Positions 1-9,439 of a stretch of 64,000 nucleotides of DNA are shown here, piece by piece. Origin of the DNA: an uncultured Desulfatitalea sp. (lineage in GTDB: Bacteria > Desulfobacterota > Desulfobacteria > Desulfobacterales > Desulfosarcinaceae); NCBI GenBank assembly GCA_963668675.2, contig CAXXMB010000001.1, positions 192,001 to 256,000 on the forward strand, in the 5' to 3' direction. Each line of letters opens with the position of its first letter. Positions within the stretch are counted from its first letter, which is position 1. A program made the position numbers and the translations under genes. The notes below the pieces were generated by a model that did no database searches, was not told the DNA's origin, and saw only the letters and a program-made list of their open reading frames with translations.

Positions 1-191
1 TATCTCGGGATGCAGGTATGCAACCCATAACCAATTGAACTCAAGCCATCGCCGGAACCGGGCGCTATCGAGTTTCTATTGATGGACAACAATGAGTGTG
101 ATTTTTGTCTGCAAGATATCGAGAAAGCGTGCGTCAATACCACTAAAAGCGAGATCATCAGTGAAACAGAAACAACCGAAGAGGCATCACC

Positions 192-398
192 ATGCAGGCA
201 GTCGATTACCGATACATTGTTGAAGAGCTGAAACGGTCGCTGGTTTGCCCGGAGGAAACGGACAAACCCTGTGTCGAGCACGTGAGGGAAAATGTGAGGA
301 GTCGATTGGTCTTCTTGCTCGATGTCGACCCCGAATCATCACTGGAAACGGTGATCGATCGTCTGGCGGAGAAGTGGCGTCAAGATGGGTTGATCTAA
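192..398 (+). CDS. small hypothetical protein
   Basis: 68-aa ORF with GAGG upstream, co-oriented with the T6SS island; no recognisable motif. Confidence 0.45.
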   Translation: MQAVDYRYIVEELKRSLVCPEETDKPCVEHVRENVRSRLVFLLDVDPESSLETVIDRLAEKWRQDGLI

Positions 399-436
399 CG
401 TTCAAAGCAATGATGCACAACAACAGGAGGCGTAAA

Positions 437-1261
437 ATGCAACACATAAGTCTGATTCTTCTTTTTTCTCTGGTTTGCGGTGTTTGCTGGATGAGCAGTG
501 ATTCATTTGCCGCTAAGGCCACGCCGGCAGGCGCACGTGAAGTCTCCACCGCCACCGAGCACTACTGGGTTGTCGATGTCGACGGCGTTGAAAAGAAACA
601 CGGCCCCTACAGTCGCATGCATACCGATGGCAGCAAACTGGTTTCAGGGAACTATCTCGACGGAGAAAAAGACGGACAATGGGTATACCGCTCCAAGGCC
701 GGTGAAATTATCAAAGAGGAGAATTGGGCCAAGGGTAAAAGGGATGGACGTTGGGCTGAGTGGTATGCCAACGGCAAAAAGGCTTTTGAAGGCGAATTTA
801 AGCAAGACCTCCCGGTCGGCGTGCATCGCGAATGGCACATGGACGGAGAACGCAAAGCCGAGATCGAGCACCGCACCAGCGGGAGCGATGTCATGGCAGT
901 GAAGAAAACCTGGCACCCGGACGGTAAAAAGTACACCCAGTATGAGATGCGCAACGGCAAAATGCACGGAGCGTATACCAGCTGGCATCCCAACGGACAG
1001 ATTCGGGAACAGAGCCATTATGACGGCGGGCAGCGGCATGGCAAATACCAGGAGTGGTACAAGAATGGACAGCCCAAGGCCGAGTTTGCCTATGACCATG
1101 GTCGTAAGAAGGGTAAAGCCATCGAGTGGTTCGACAATGGGGAGAAGAAAAGCGAGGGGGCCTTCGCCGACGGCAAGGACGGCACCTGGACGACCTGGGA
1201 CAAAACCGGCCTCGTTGTCAGCCAGAGGCGGTACAAATCCGGCAAGCCGGTTAAAGAGTAA
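437..1261 (+). CDS. exported MORN-variant repeat protein (YwqK antitoxin-like), possible immunity protein
   Basis: AGGAGG at 425-430 before ATG 437; signal peptide MQHISLILLFSLVCG..; repeated G(K/R)xxG.W.EWY.NG.K..EG.(Y/F) units. Confidence 0.8.
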   Translation: MQHISLILLFSLVCGVCWMSSDSFAAKATPAGAREVSTATEHYWVVDVDGVEKKHGPYSRMHTDGSKLVSGNYLDGEKDGQWVYRSKAGEIIKEENWAKGKRDGRWAEWYANGKKAFEGEFKQDLPVGVHREWHMDGERKAEIEHRTSGSDVMAVKKTWHPDGKKYTQYEMRNGKMHGAYTSWHPNGQIREQSHYDGGQRHGKYQEWYKNGQPKAEFAYDHGRKKGKAIEWFDNGEKKSEGAFADGKDGTWTTWDKTGLVVSQRRYKSGKPVKE

Positions 1262-1290
1262 ATTTTAGAAGCAATGGGAGCGGGTAGACC

Positions 1291-4149
1291 ATGACCATCC
1301 AAGAGATTTTCACTGAACATAGTAGAGATTCGTCGGCACCAACGGACGACCCTGTTCGGGATCTGGGTAGCGCTCCTGAACCTTCGGACGAAGGAGCGTC
1401 CCGAGCGCTCCAGGCAGACGAAGAAAATGCGTCGGAAAATACGGATAGGCCGGAAGTGCACCACCTTCCCTTGGCGGAGGATGATTCGCCGGAAGTGGAA
1501 GCCCTTCCCACGAGGGAGGCCGCATCTTCGGACGAGCAGCCCGCTCCCCCCACATCACACACCGGCCCCGATGGCGGAGGGCCGATGTCGGTGTCAGAAG
1601 CAGCTGAGAACGCCCAGCCGGTGCAGGGTGCCGCGTCAGAGGGTGCTTCATCGTCACAGCCCGATCAAGGCAGATTGGGGTCAATAGACGATGCCATCGA
1701 AAATGCCCAGCCGGTTCAGAGTGCAGATGAAACGTCCGCCGATGGTGACGCTCAGGATGTGGAAGTAAGCCGCCCCGAAGTCACTTTTCCGGACGAAGAC
1801 ACTTCTGATGTGGAGGTCAGCCGACCGGAAGTCACCTTCCCGGACAGGGCATCGAGTAGCTCATCCTCGGCGGTACAGTCAAACCTGATAGAAAGAGAAC
1901 CAGCGGTACAGTCAAACTTGATCGATAGAGACCTTTCGGAGAGTACCGAACCGGGTAGGGAAGGTCGGGGGTTCCCTCCCATGCCGCAAGCTCCAGGCGT
2001 CTTTCCGCCGTCCTTTCAAAGCACTATCGGTTCTTCAGCCACGCAGGGCGTTACCGGACGGACGCCGGGTCTGTTGCGGGGGGCACCCGACGAGATCTTG
2101 CCGGCGGATGGCGAGCGTTTTGCTTTTGCAGTTGCCGGTATTCAGTTTCTGGTCGTCGACTTCACCGCCCGCAGCGGCCTCTCAACACCGTTTCGGGTCG
2201 ATTTGTCCCTTGCTCTGGAGGAGTTGTATCCGTTGGACGAGGTCTTGGGCGCCGGGGGCACCCTTATGCTGGAGATGGGTGAAGGCGAGCAATACATCAA
2301 CGGCATCGTGAACCGATTTGTCCAGACCGGCGTCAAGGGCAATTACAGACTCTTTCAGGCCCAACTGGTGCCGCAGATGCGGCTGCTGGGCCTGGCGCAG
2401 GATTGCCGGATATTTCAGGAGATGACGGTTCCGGAGATCATCCGCGCCGTGCTCGAGGGGGCCGGAGTACCGTCAGACGGCTTTGAGTTCCGCACCCGCA
2501 ACAACTTCATGAGAAGACCTTACTGTGTCCAGTATCGTGAGAGTCATCTCGATTTTGTGTCCCGCCTGGCGGAAGAGGAGGGACTTTACTACTTCTTTGA
2601 ACACGAACACCGAAATCACAAACTGGTCTTTGGCGAGGGAACCCTGGCCTATCAGAGGCTGGAGGGCAACCATACCTTGCTATACCAACCTGCCGAAGGA
2701 CTTGCACCTGAGGATGAGGTCGTTCTCGAATTGGAGCTGGCCCAACAGCTGCAGCCGACCAAGGTGACATTGCGCGATTTCGATTTCAAACGTCCCTCCC
2801 TGGAGATGACTGCCGAAAGGGATGAAAACCGAAGGGAAGAGAACGAGCGACAGCAGCGCACCTTCGAGTGGTTTGACTATCCGGGGCGTTACATTGAACC
2901 CGATTTGGGAAATCGCTACGCCGCCATACGACTCCAGGAGCGGCTGAAAGATCGCGTGGTGGCTCACGGCAAAAGCACTTGCAGCCGTTTTCTGCCCGGT
3001 TATATTTTCGAATTGGACTGCCACGACTGCGAAGGTGCCAACCAGGAGTATGTGTTGGTAGAGGTGGTGCACGAAGGTCGCCAACCCCAGGTCCTGGGCG
3101 AACAGGCCGGCGCCGACAGCGCATTCAGCTACGCCAACCGGTTCACGGCCATTCCGGCCGAGGTTGCCTATGCGCCGGCGCGCAAGACACCCAAGCCGAT
3201 GATCAACGGCGTGCAGACCGCCATGGTGACCGGTCCACGCCGGGAAGTGATCTACACAGACGAATACGGGCGCGTGAAGGTACGCTTCCATTGGGATCGC
3301 AGTGACTCGCACGGGGAGGACGCCTCCTGCTGGATCAGGGTGGGCCAGGTGTGGGCCGGGCCCGACTGGGGCGCCATGTTCATACCCCGGGTGGGCCAGG
3401 AGGTGATGGTCGAGTTCGAAGAGGGCAACCCCGACCGGCCTATCATCGTCGGACGGGTTTACGACGGCGCCAACATGCCGCCCTACAGCCTGCCCGAGGA
3501 GAAGACCAAAAGTACGATCAAGTCCGATTCAGTGGGCGGCAGCGGGTTTAACGAAATCCGCTTCGAGGACCAAGGCGGCAGTGAAGAGATCTTCATCCAT
3601 GCCCAGAAGGATTTCAATCAGGCCGTGGAAAACGACATGGAGACCCGGGTGCTGCACGATCAGCGCCTCAACGTGGAGAACGACCGCGCCAAAACCGTCC
3701 AAAACAACGAGACGATCATGATCCAGAACAACCGGAACGATACGGTCGAAAACGACGAGACGGTAAGCATCGGCGGCAATCGGACCACCGAAGTGGGACG
3801 CAACGAGCAGCAAACCTTCAATGGAGAGCGCCGGGTAACCGTCGGTATGGAAGACAACCTGGACGTGTCGGCCAACCGTTCGGTGCGCATCACCGGCAAT
3901 CATCTGCTCAATGCCGGTGGTGGGTGTACCATGGAGACGACCGGACAGATGACACTGGTGGGCAACACCGGCGTCGAGGTGAGCGGCACAACGGTCTCGA
4001 TTACTGCCGCCCAGGAGATCGTGCTTGGCGTTGGTGCAAATCAGATCAGGTTGACTGCGGGCGGGATAGAGATCAGCGGTATCACCCTCAAAACTGAAGC
4101 GAGTTCGGCAAACGAGATCAAGGGAATGCCCGTGATGATCAATTGCTGA
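1291..4149 (+). CDS. vgrG: type VI secretion spike protein VgrG with long acidic N-terminal extension
   Basis: YCVQYRESHLDFVSRLAEEEG, TDEYGRVKVRFHWDR, FIPRVGQEVMVEFEEGNPDRP motifs and gp5-like beta-helix C-terminus. Confidence 0.95.
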   Translation: MTIQEIFTEHSRDSSAPTDDPVRDLGSAPEPSDEGASRALQADEENASENTDRPEVHHLPLAEDDSPEVEALPTREAASSDEQPAPPTSHTGPDGGGPMSVSEAAENAQPVQGAASEGASSSQPDQGRLGSIDDAIENAQPVQSADETSADGDAQDVEVSRPEVTFPDEDTSDVEVSRPEVTFPDRASSSSSSAVQSNLIEREPAVQSNLIDRDLSESTEPGREGRGFPPMPQAPGVFPPSFQSTIGSSATQGVTGRTPGLLRGAPDEILPADGERFAFAVAGIQFLVVDFTARSGLSTPFRVDLSLALEELYPLDEVLGAGGTLMLEMGEGEQYINGIVNRFVQTGVKGNYRLFQAQLVPQMRLLGLAQDCRIFQEMTVPEIIRAVLEGAGVPSDGFEFRTRNNFMRRPYCVQYRESHLDFVSRLAEEEGLYYFFEHEHRNHKLVFGEGTLAYQRLEGNHTLLYQPAEGLAPEDEVVLELELAQQLQPTKVTLRDFDFKRPSLEMTAERDENRREENERQQRTFEWFDYPGRYIEPDLGNRYAAIRLQERLKDRVVAHGKSTCSRFLPGYIFELDCHDCEGANQEYVLVEVVHEGRQPQVLGEQAGADSAFSYANRFTAIPAEVAYAPARKTPKPMINGVQTAMVTGPRREVIYTDEYGRVKVRFHWDRSDSHGEDASCWIRVGQVWAGPDWGAMFIPRVGQEVMVEFEEGNPDRPIIVGRVYDGANMPPYSLPEEKTKSTIKSDSVGGSGFNEIRFEDQGGSEEIFIHAQKDFNQAVENDMETRVLHDQRLNVENDRAKTVQNNETIMIQNNRNDTVENDETVSIGGNRTTEVGRNEQQTFNGERRVTVGMEDNLDVSANRSVRITGNHLLNAGGGCTMETTGQMTLVGNTGVEVSGTTVSITAAQEIVLGVGANQIRLTAGGIEISGITLKTEASSANEIKGMPVMINC

Positions 4150-4184
4150 AAGGGTGTTGAAAGGTTGCTGAAAGGAGTTGCGCC

Positions 4185-4616
4185 ATGACAATGCCGGCTG
4201 CCCGAATTAGCGATATGCACACTTGCCCGATGGTGGACCCCGGCCCCAAACCCCATGTCGGCGGACCGATTGTCGGGCCGGGGGTCGAAAAGGTCATCAT
4301 CGGAAATTTGCCGGCTGCCGTGGTAGGAGATGAAGCCGCATGCGCCGGCGCACCCGACAAGATCGTCACAGGCTCGATCACGGTGCTGATCGGAAACAAA
4401 CCGGCGGCCCGCATGGGAGACATGACGGCCCACGGCGGTGTTATCGTTAAGGGGTTACCGACGGTTCTTATCGGTGACGGCGTCGGATCTGCACCGGGAC
4501 AGCTCGAAGTGCTGGAGGCCGCGGCCCAGAGCGGCAGTGCCTTCTGCCCCGAGTGTGAAGCCGCCAGGCGGAATAGTGGTGGGTCGGAGAACCCGGTGGA
4601 TGGGATAGGGCAATGA
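4185..4616 (+). CDS. PAAR domain protein with C-terminal extension (FCPEC)
   Basis: MPAARISD, PAAVVGD, PAARMGD repeats; RBS GGAG; directly after vgrG. Confidence 0.92.
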   Translation: MTMPAARISDMHTCPMVDPGPKPHVGGPIVGPGVEKVIIGNLPAAVVGDEAACAGAPDKIVTGSITVLIGNKPAARMGDMTAHGGVIVKGLPTVLIGDGVGSAPGQLEVLEAAAQSGSAFCPECEAARRNSGGSENPVDGIGQ

Positions 4617-5593
4617 CGCGTTTCAATATCAATAGCTGGCCCGGGGAAACGGTCAAAATTTCCCAAAATGCCGATCTGTGGGAGGTTTTGGAAGCGTATG
4701 CCACCCAGGATAACGCCACCCTGTACGCATTGGTCGATGCCGCCCGCAGCGATCAGGTGCTGCCGAGGCTGGCATCCGGGCAAAGCGACTATCAAAGTCT
4801 CTTCGTCGGCACTGAGAAGGAACCGCTCTTCAGTGCCGGTCCGTTCTTGATCTCTCCGGGCGGGGATCGAGCGCTTCTCAAATGGCTCACCACGGAAGCG
4901 TGGGGTGAATCGATGGTGCTGTTTGTCACCAGCCAGGCGCCCTGCGACCAGTTGCTGCATCACTTGCAGTCCCTGATCAAAGCCATCACCGAGGAGAATG
5001 ACGAACGCTTCTTTCGATATTACGACCCGCGCGTGCTCAGGAATTACCTGCCCAACTGCGACACCGACTCGGGCTGGCGCTTCATGGGACCAGTTGCACG
5101 ATTGATGGTCGAAGCCGAGGAGGGCGGACGACTGCTCTATTGGAAAAGAGAGTCGCTGGGCTGTGTGCCGGCCTGCGACGATTCCATATGGCGGCAGCCG
5201 CTCTATATCGATGCTGATCAGTTGAGGATCTTCAGGCAGGGTGCGTTCGCCGAGTACAAAGCAGGACTGAAAGCGCACCTGAAGGTACGGTTCGCAAAAC
5301 AGATTGAAACACTTCGGCTCGATGACGGCGACCTCTCCCAACTGGTTACGAACGGGATCGACCGGGCCCGGATGTACGGCATACGAACCCGGTTCGATGT
5401 GCGCCGCTTCGTCGAATACATGCTGTTGCTCGATCCCGATTTCGACCTCAACCCCGATTACCAGTGGGCTGGGAAGATCATCTTCACCAACGGCCTTGCC
5501 GGCAGGGAGAAGATGGACCTGCTCGACCGGGCCGTGGTGCTGCAGACGCTTCAGGCGCAACGGAACCGATTCGATGAGGAGATAGGCGCATGA
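4613..5593 (+). CDS. DUF4123 T6SS effector chaperone (Tec/Tap-1 type)
   Basis: LYALVDAAR, GPFL and FFRYYDPRVLR motifs; ATGA overlap with PAAR gene. Confidence 0.88.
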   Translation: MTRFNINSWPGETVKISQNADLWEVLEAYATQDNATLYALVDAARSDQVLPRLASGQSDYQSLFVGTEKEPLFSAGPFLISPGGDRALLKWLTTEAWGESMVLFVTSQAPCDQLLHHLQSLIKAITEENDERFFRYYDPRVLRNYLPNCDTDSGWRFMGPVARLMVEAEEGGRLLYWKRESLGCVPACDDSIWRQPLYIDADQLRIFRQGAFAEYKAGLKAHLKVRFAKQIETLRLDDGDLSQLVTNGIDRARMYGIRTRFDVRRFVEYMLLLDPDFDLNPDYQWAGKIIFTNGLAGREKMDLLDRAVVLQTLQAQRNRFDEEIGA

Positions 5594-6141
5594 GCCTCAG
5601 ACCGTGCATGCCGCTGGACCCCGAGATCGCCGAGGCCGCAGGGCGCGATCTGGCAGCCCAGTACCGTGATGAGCCGCGACCTAACTTTCTTTTTGACGCC
5701 GACGGTGAGGAGCGCCCCTTCTCGTTGGAGGAGCCGTGCTCCCAGGCGATCTTCGAACACTTCGTGAATCTCTATGCCGAAAACGGCGGAGAGGTTGAAG
5801 CCGTGCCTGCCAGCGATACGGAGACGGGCGAATCTACAGCCACCTGTCCCGAGTCCGACCGCCGGGTGCAGATCGTCGATCCCTGGGAGCGGGGCATCGC
5901 CAACGTAAACTGCACCATACGCCTCGAGGATGGCCATGAAATCAGCGGCGTGAGCGACGGCGAGGGGTACATCGATCTGCCTGAAGATTACAGTGGCGAT
6001 GTGGAGATGATGATCGAAGATCAACCTTTCGACGTGATCGAGGAGATGCCCTTTTGCAGCAGTGTCAACCCGCAGGAGGGCTATACGCTGGACAACGAGG
6101 AAGATGAACACCTGAACGGCCAGATGGTCTTCAGGATTTGA
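5590..6141 (+). CDS. acidic hypothetical protein with transthyretin/carboxypeptidase-regulatory-like segment; putative co-chaperone/adaptor
   Basis: VQIVDPWERGIANVNCTIRLEDG..SGVSDGEGYI resembles a TTR-like pattern; ATGA overlap with DUF4123. Confidence 0.6.
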   Translation: MSLRPCMPLDPEIAEAAGRDLAAQYRDEPRPNFLFDADGEERPFSLEEPCSQAIFEHFVNLYAENGGEVEAVPASDTETGESTATCPESDRRVQIVDPWERGIANVNCTIRLEDGHEISGVSDGEGYIDLPEDYSGDVEMMIEDQPFDVIEEMPFCSSVNPQEGYTLDNEEDEHLNGQMVFRI

Positions 6142-6175
6142 CGCTTATGGGTTTGGATAGAATGGGAAGGGCCGA

Positions 6176-7186
6176 ATGACCATACGTCTGCATATTCTGG
6201 ATACACCCTGGAACAATGCCGACCTGATGCAATGGTGGCGGTGGCAGTGCAGCATGAACAGCCATGATCCCAACTGCGTGCACTCCAACCCCATGTTCGT
6301 GCCGCGATACTGCATCACGGAGAAGCAAGCGTTCGGCGCACGCGTGCTGCTTTTCTGGCGGCAAATTTATCGTCGGACGTGGTCTTTGGGCAGCAGCACC
6401 AGGGGGGTCTCCTTTCAGGTGGGGCGTCAAGTATGGTCCTGCGGCCAAACCGATGACCCGGCCTTCAGAAACCCATCGACACGCGAAGCGTTTACGGCAG
6501 CATGCAGCAGCGCAGTTGCAAGGGCCAGGGCGCATTACAACCTGGGGCAATACACACCGACCCTAACAGATGGCGCGGTGCGATTTCACGCTTTTTGCGA
6601 AAACAGCTCCCAACAGGATATGTCGGCTTTTCAAGAGGCTTACACTGCAGGGACGAGTGAACAGGTTTCGCCCGAGGCCGTTGAAATCAACACTGCAGCC
6701 AGAAGGTATAACCCCACGGAAGTCGGCTATGCGCCGGTTGCACGCATCAACGCACTGCTCTCTACCGATGCCACCACCGATTGGGCTGTCACCGCCGACG
6801 AGGAGGATCATGTGATCGCCATCCTCTACAACGTTCTCATGCGCGGCGTCAGCCATTGGACCGTCAGTACGGCCGTACCCGTTCCCATGGCCTCCATCGA
6901 AACCGTGCGTGCAGCCGTGTGCGCCGGAGAAAGCCAGGCCGACAGCCACATCCCCGTCATTAACGTTCGCGAACTCCATCGCATTCTATTCTATTGCAAC
7001 GCCTCGAGGTTGGAAGGCCATATGCAGGATCACTGGACCGCCGAAAACAACAACCAGAAGTACATCAAATTGCTCGAAATTATGGACACCTGCATCCGAC
7101 GCCGATGTGTCAACAGTCACGGTACCCCCTGGCTATCCCTATCGACAGCAATGCTTCAGCGGAATCCTTCGCATTTGCTCTATTGA
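6176..7186 (+). CDS. hypothetical protein, candidate T6SS effector
   Basis: 336-aa ORF, last gene of the vgrG-PAAR-DUF4123 operon; no recognised domain. Confidence 0.6.
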   Translation: MTIRLHILDTPWNNADLMQWWRWQCSMNSHDPNCVHSNPMFVPRYCITEKQAFGARVLLFWRQIYRRTWSLGSSTRGVSFQVGRQVWSCGQTDDPAFRNPSTREAFTAACSSAVARARAHYNLGQYTPTLTDGAVRFHAFCENSSQQDMSAFQEAYTAGTSEQVSPEAVEINTAARRYNPTEVGYAPVARINALLSTDATTDWAVTADEEDHVIAILYNVLMRGVSHWTVSTAVPVPMASIETVRAAVCAGESQADSHIPVINVRELHRILFYCNASRLEGHMQDHWTAENNNQKYIKLLEIMDTCIRRRCVNSHGTPWLSLSTAMLQRNPSHLLY

Positions 7187-7219
7187 CTTACGGGTAAAAA
7201 TGTTGCTCTTATCCATACC

Positions 7220-7507
7220 TTACCTGAATCGCGAAGTTGCCGATTGAATTGCTTCGCTCATTGCCTCCCATGCAAGGTCAATTCCAGACTTAAGATCCTC
7301 CCAAGCGTGTTCACCTGAACGGCTCATTTTTGAAAGCTTTTCTTCAATGTCATTGCGTTTCCGTTTAAGCGCTTCAATCTGTTTTTGGTATTCGATTCTG
7401 GCATTGGCTTCGACTTGATTCGTTTTTGCATTGAGCTTATCGATGTCCCTGTTCCACTCATCGATTTTGGCATGCATTTTCTGGATATACGCTTCCCTTT
7501 TTCCCAT
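7220..7507 (-). CDS. small coiled-coil protein (sll1863-like stress protein family)
   Basis: REAYIQKMHAKIDEW...AWEDLKSGIDLAW pattern. Confidence 0.7.
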   Translation of the reverse strand: MGKREAYIQKMHAKIDEWNRDIDKLNAKTNQVEANARIEYQKQIEALKRKRNDIEEKLSKMSRSGEHAWEDLKSGIDLAWEAMSEAIQSATSRFR

Positions 7508-7547
7508 AGTGACTTCCTTTCATAAGTGATATTGCCCTTGGAATATA

Positions 7548-9197
7548 TTATTTCCTGGTGCGTATGATGGTGACGATCAACCAGAGCCCCAGGATAACGG
7601 ACAACAGGTAACCGATCACACCCAAAGCAGGTAACCCGAACAGGAACGGACCAATTCCCGTTGTGATGATCATGGACGAACCCATGATGATCGCCCCCGT
7701 AATAATTGCCATCGTCAGGCGATTGGAGGCGTTCTCCATAGAGTGGGAAAGCTGTTCCAGCTTCTCGAGGTCCAATTTCAAACCCAAATCACCGCTATCC
7801 AACTTGCTGATGATTTGTTGGATCTGCCTCGGCACATCGCGCTGGTAGGCCCAAAGGTTGGCTATGGAGTTGCGCAGGTTGCGCCAGATGACATCCGGCT
7901 TAAAGCGCGCCTTGGCCAGTCGTGATACAGGCGCTTTGATTTCCGCAACAACATCCAGATCCGGGTAGGCTTGACGTGCCGATCCTTCTGCCGTCACCAA
8001 TGCTTTGATCATAATGACATAATTCGTTGGCAGTCTCAGCCGATGTCCGCGTATCAGGGCCATTACATCCATCAAAAAATGACCCATATTCATCTCTTTG
8101 ATGGGGACCGCATGGTAGGTATCGAGAAGTGTCAGCGCATCCCTTTCAATTGCTTTCGGCTGGACGGAATTTTCTCTGGGCTGGCAAAGCCGGATCAAGC
8201 TGTGCGTGAGCGCATCGCTGTCGCGATCGACAATGGATCTTAGAAGCTCTGTCAGTTCGAAACGATCTTTCTCCGTCAGGCGCCCCACCATGCCCCAGTC
8301 AATGATGCTCAAGTTCATCTCTTCTGTCACCAGGAGATTCCCTGGGTGCGGGTCGGCGTGGAAAAAGCCGTCTTCAAGGATCTGTTTGACTGCCGAGGCC
8401 AGCCCTTGCTTGGCAATGCGCTCATTATCGAAAACGGAGCCTGGGGTCACCTCGCTATACCTCGCCCCCTGTACGAATTCCATTACAAGTAATTTTTCAG
8501 TGCAATAGGGTTCATATACATCGGGAATGAGAATCGGCGTATCGGCTGCGAAGGAGCGTGCAATTTTCATGTTTCGCAGCTCGGCGGTGAAATCGATTTC
8601 CGTCATCAGGTGGCGTCGGACCACCTGGACCAGCTCGGGCAGATCGTAGGCCTCGAGCTCGGAAAATGCCTGATCCAGAAAGCCAGCCAGGGTCTCCAGA
8701 ATATCAAGATCGGCGCCGATCATTTTTTTAATGCCTGGCCGTTGTACTTTGACCGATACGATATGCCCCTCTTCTTTGAGCACCGCTTTATGAACTTGGG
8801 ACAAAGAGGCGGCTGCAACCGGAGAGACGTCAAAAATCGAAAACAGATCGTCGATAGGCTTCCCCAGGCTTTCATGGACAACCCTTTCGACCTCACCGAA
8901 AGGCATCTGCGTCACCTCATCCTGCAGCTTTTCAAATTCGAAGAGCAGCTCCTTCGGCAGCAGATCGGATCTCAGGCTCATGATCTGGCCGAATTTGATA
9001 AAAGTGGGCCCCAACTCTTCCAAAGAGCGGCGAATACGTTCGTAAATGCCCACATCTTCATCCGGCACACTTATCTTGCGGACCAAATCGGCGCCTGGGA
9101 GCTCCATTCTGCGTACGATTTCTTCAAATCCATATTTAACCAAAATAGTGACGATTTCTTTAAACCGCTTTACGTTTTTCAGATCGTTTAGGTGCAT
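7548..9197 (-). CDS. ubiB: ABC1/UbiB family atypical protein kinase
   Basis: LGPTFIKFGQ, AAASLSQVH, VKVQRPG, FFHADPHPGN, DWGMVG motifs; two C-terminal TM helices. Confidence 0.9.
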   Translation of the reverse strand: MHLNDLKNVKRFKEIVTILVKYGFEEIVRRMELPGADLVRKISVPDEDVGIYERIRRSLEELGPTFIKFGQIMSLRSDLLPKELLFEFEKLQDEVTQMPFGEVERVVHESLGKPIDDLFSIFDVSPVAAASLSQVHKAVLKEEGHIVSVKVQRPGIKKMIGADLDILETLAGFLDQAFSELEAYDLPELVQVVRRHLMTEIDFTAELRNMKIARSFAADTPILIPDVYEPYCTEKLLVMEFVQGARYSEVTPGSVFDNERIAKQGLASAVKQILEDGFFHADPHPGNLLVTEEMNLSIIDWGMVGRLTEKDRFELTELLRSIVDRDSDALTHSLIRLCQPRENSVQPKAIERDALTLLDTYHAVPIKEMNMGHFLMDVMALIRGHRLRLPTNYVIMIKALVTAEGSARQAYPDLDVVAEIKAPVSRLAKARFKPDVIWRNLRNSIANLWAYQRDVPRQIQQIISKLDSGDLGLKLDLEKLEQLSHSMENASNRLTMAIITGAIIMGSSMIITTGIGPFLFGLPALGVIGYLLSVILGLWLIVTIIRTRK

Positions 9198-9439
9198 GTC
9201 CCCGTCCCGATAAAGATTCCCTGTCTACATTTGTCTGAACTGATGTGTTCAGTCATCCTTAGATATGATCGTTGTTAATTAAGGCAACCGCCTGAGGATA
9301 TATCAAACAATCAAAGGTAGCCGTTGCATGACGTGTGTCAAGATAGGATCGAAACGGATAAAGATGTGAGGCCGCTATTTGACCTCATTGGAAGTGTGCA
9401 GCACTTGGATGCCACCTCGGTCAGGTTCGGATAAGAGAC

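Noticed and set aside
82..231. Short ORF MDNNECDFC..
   Set aside because: Only 49 aa, no clear RBS, overlaps the next ORF; cannot be supported
4139..5560. Long antisense or alternate-frame ORFs (also 9375-10838, 15739-16761, 44775-45758, 49092-50189, 52630-53595)
   Set aside because: Shadows of motif-bearing genes in GC-rich DNA; no motifs or RBS of their own
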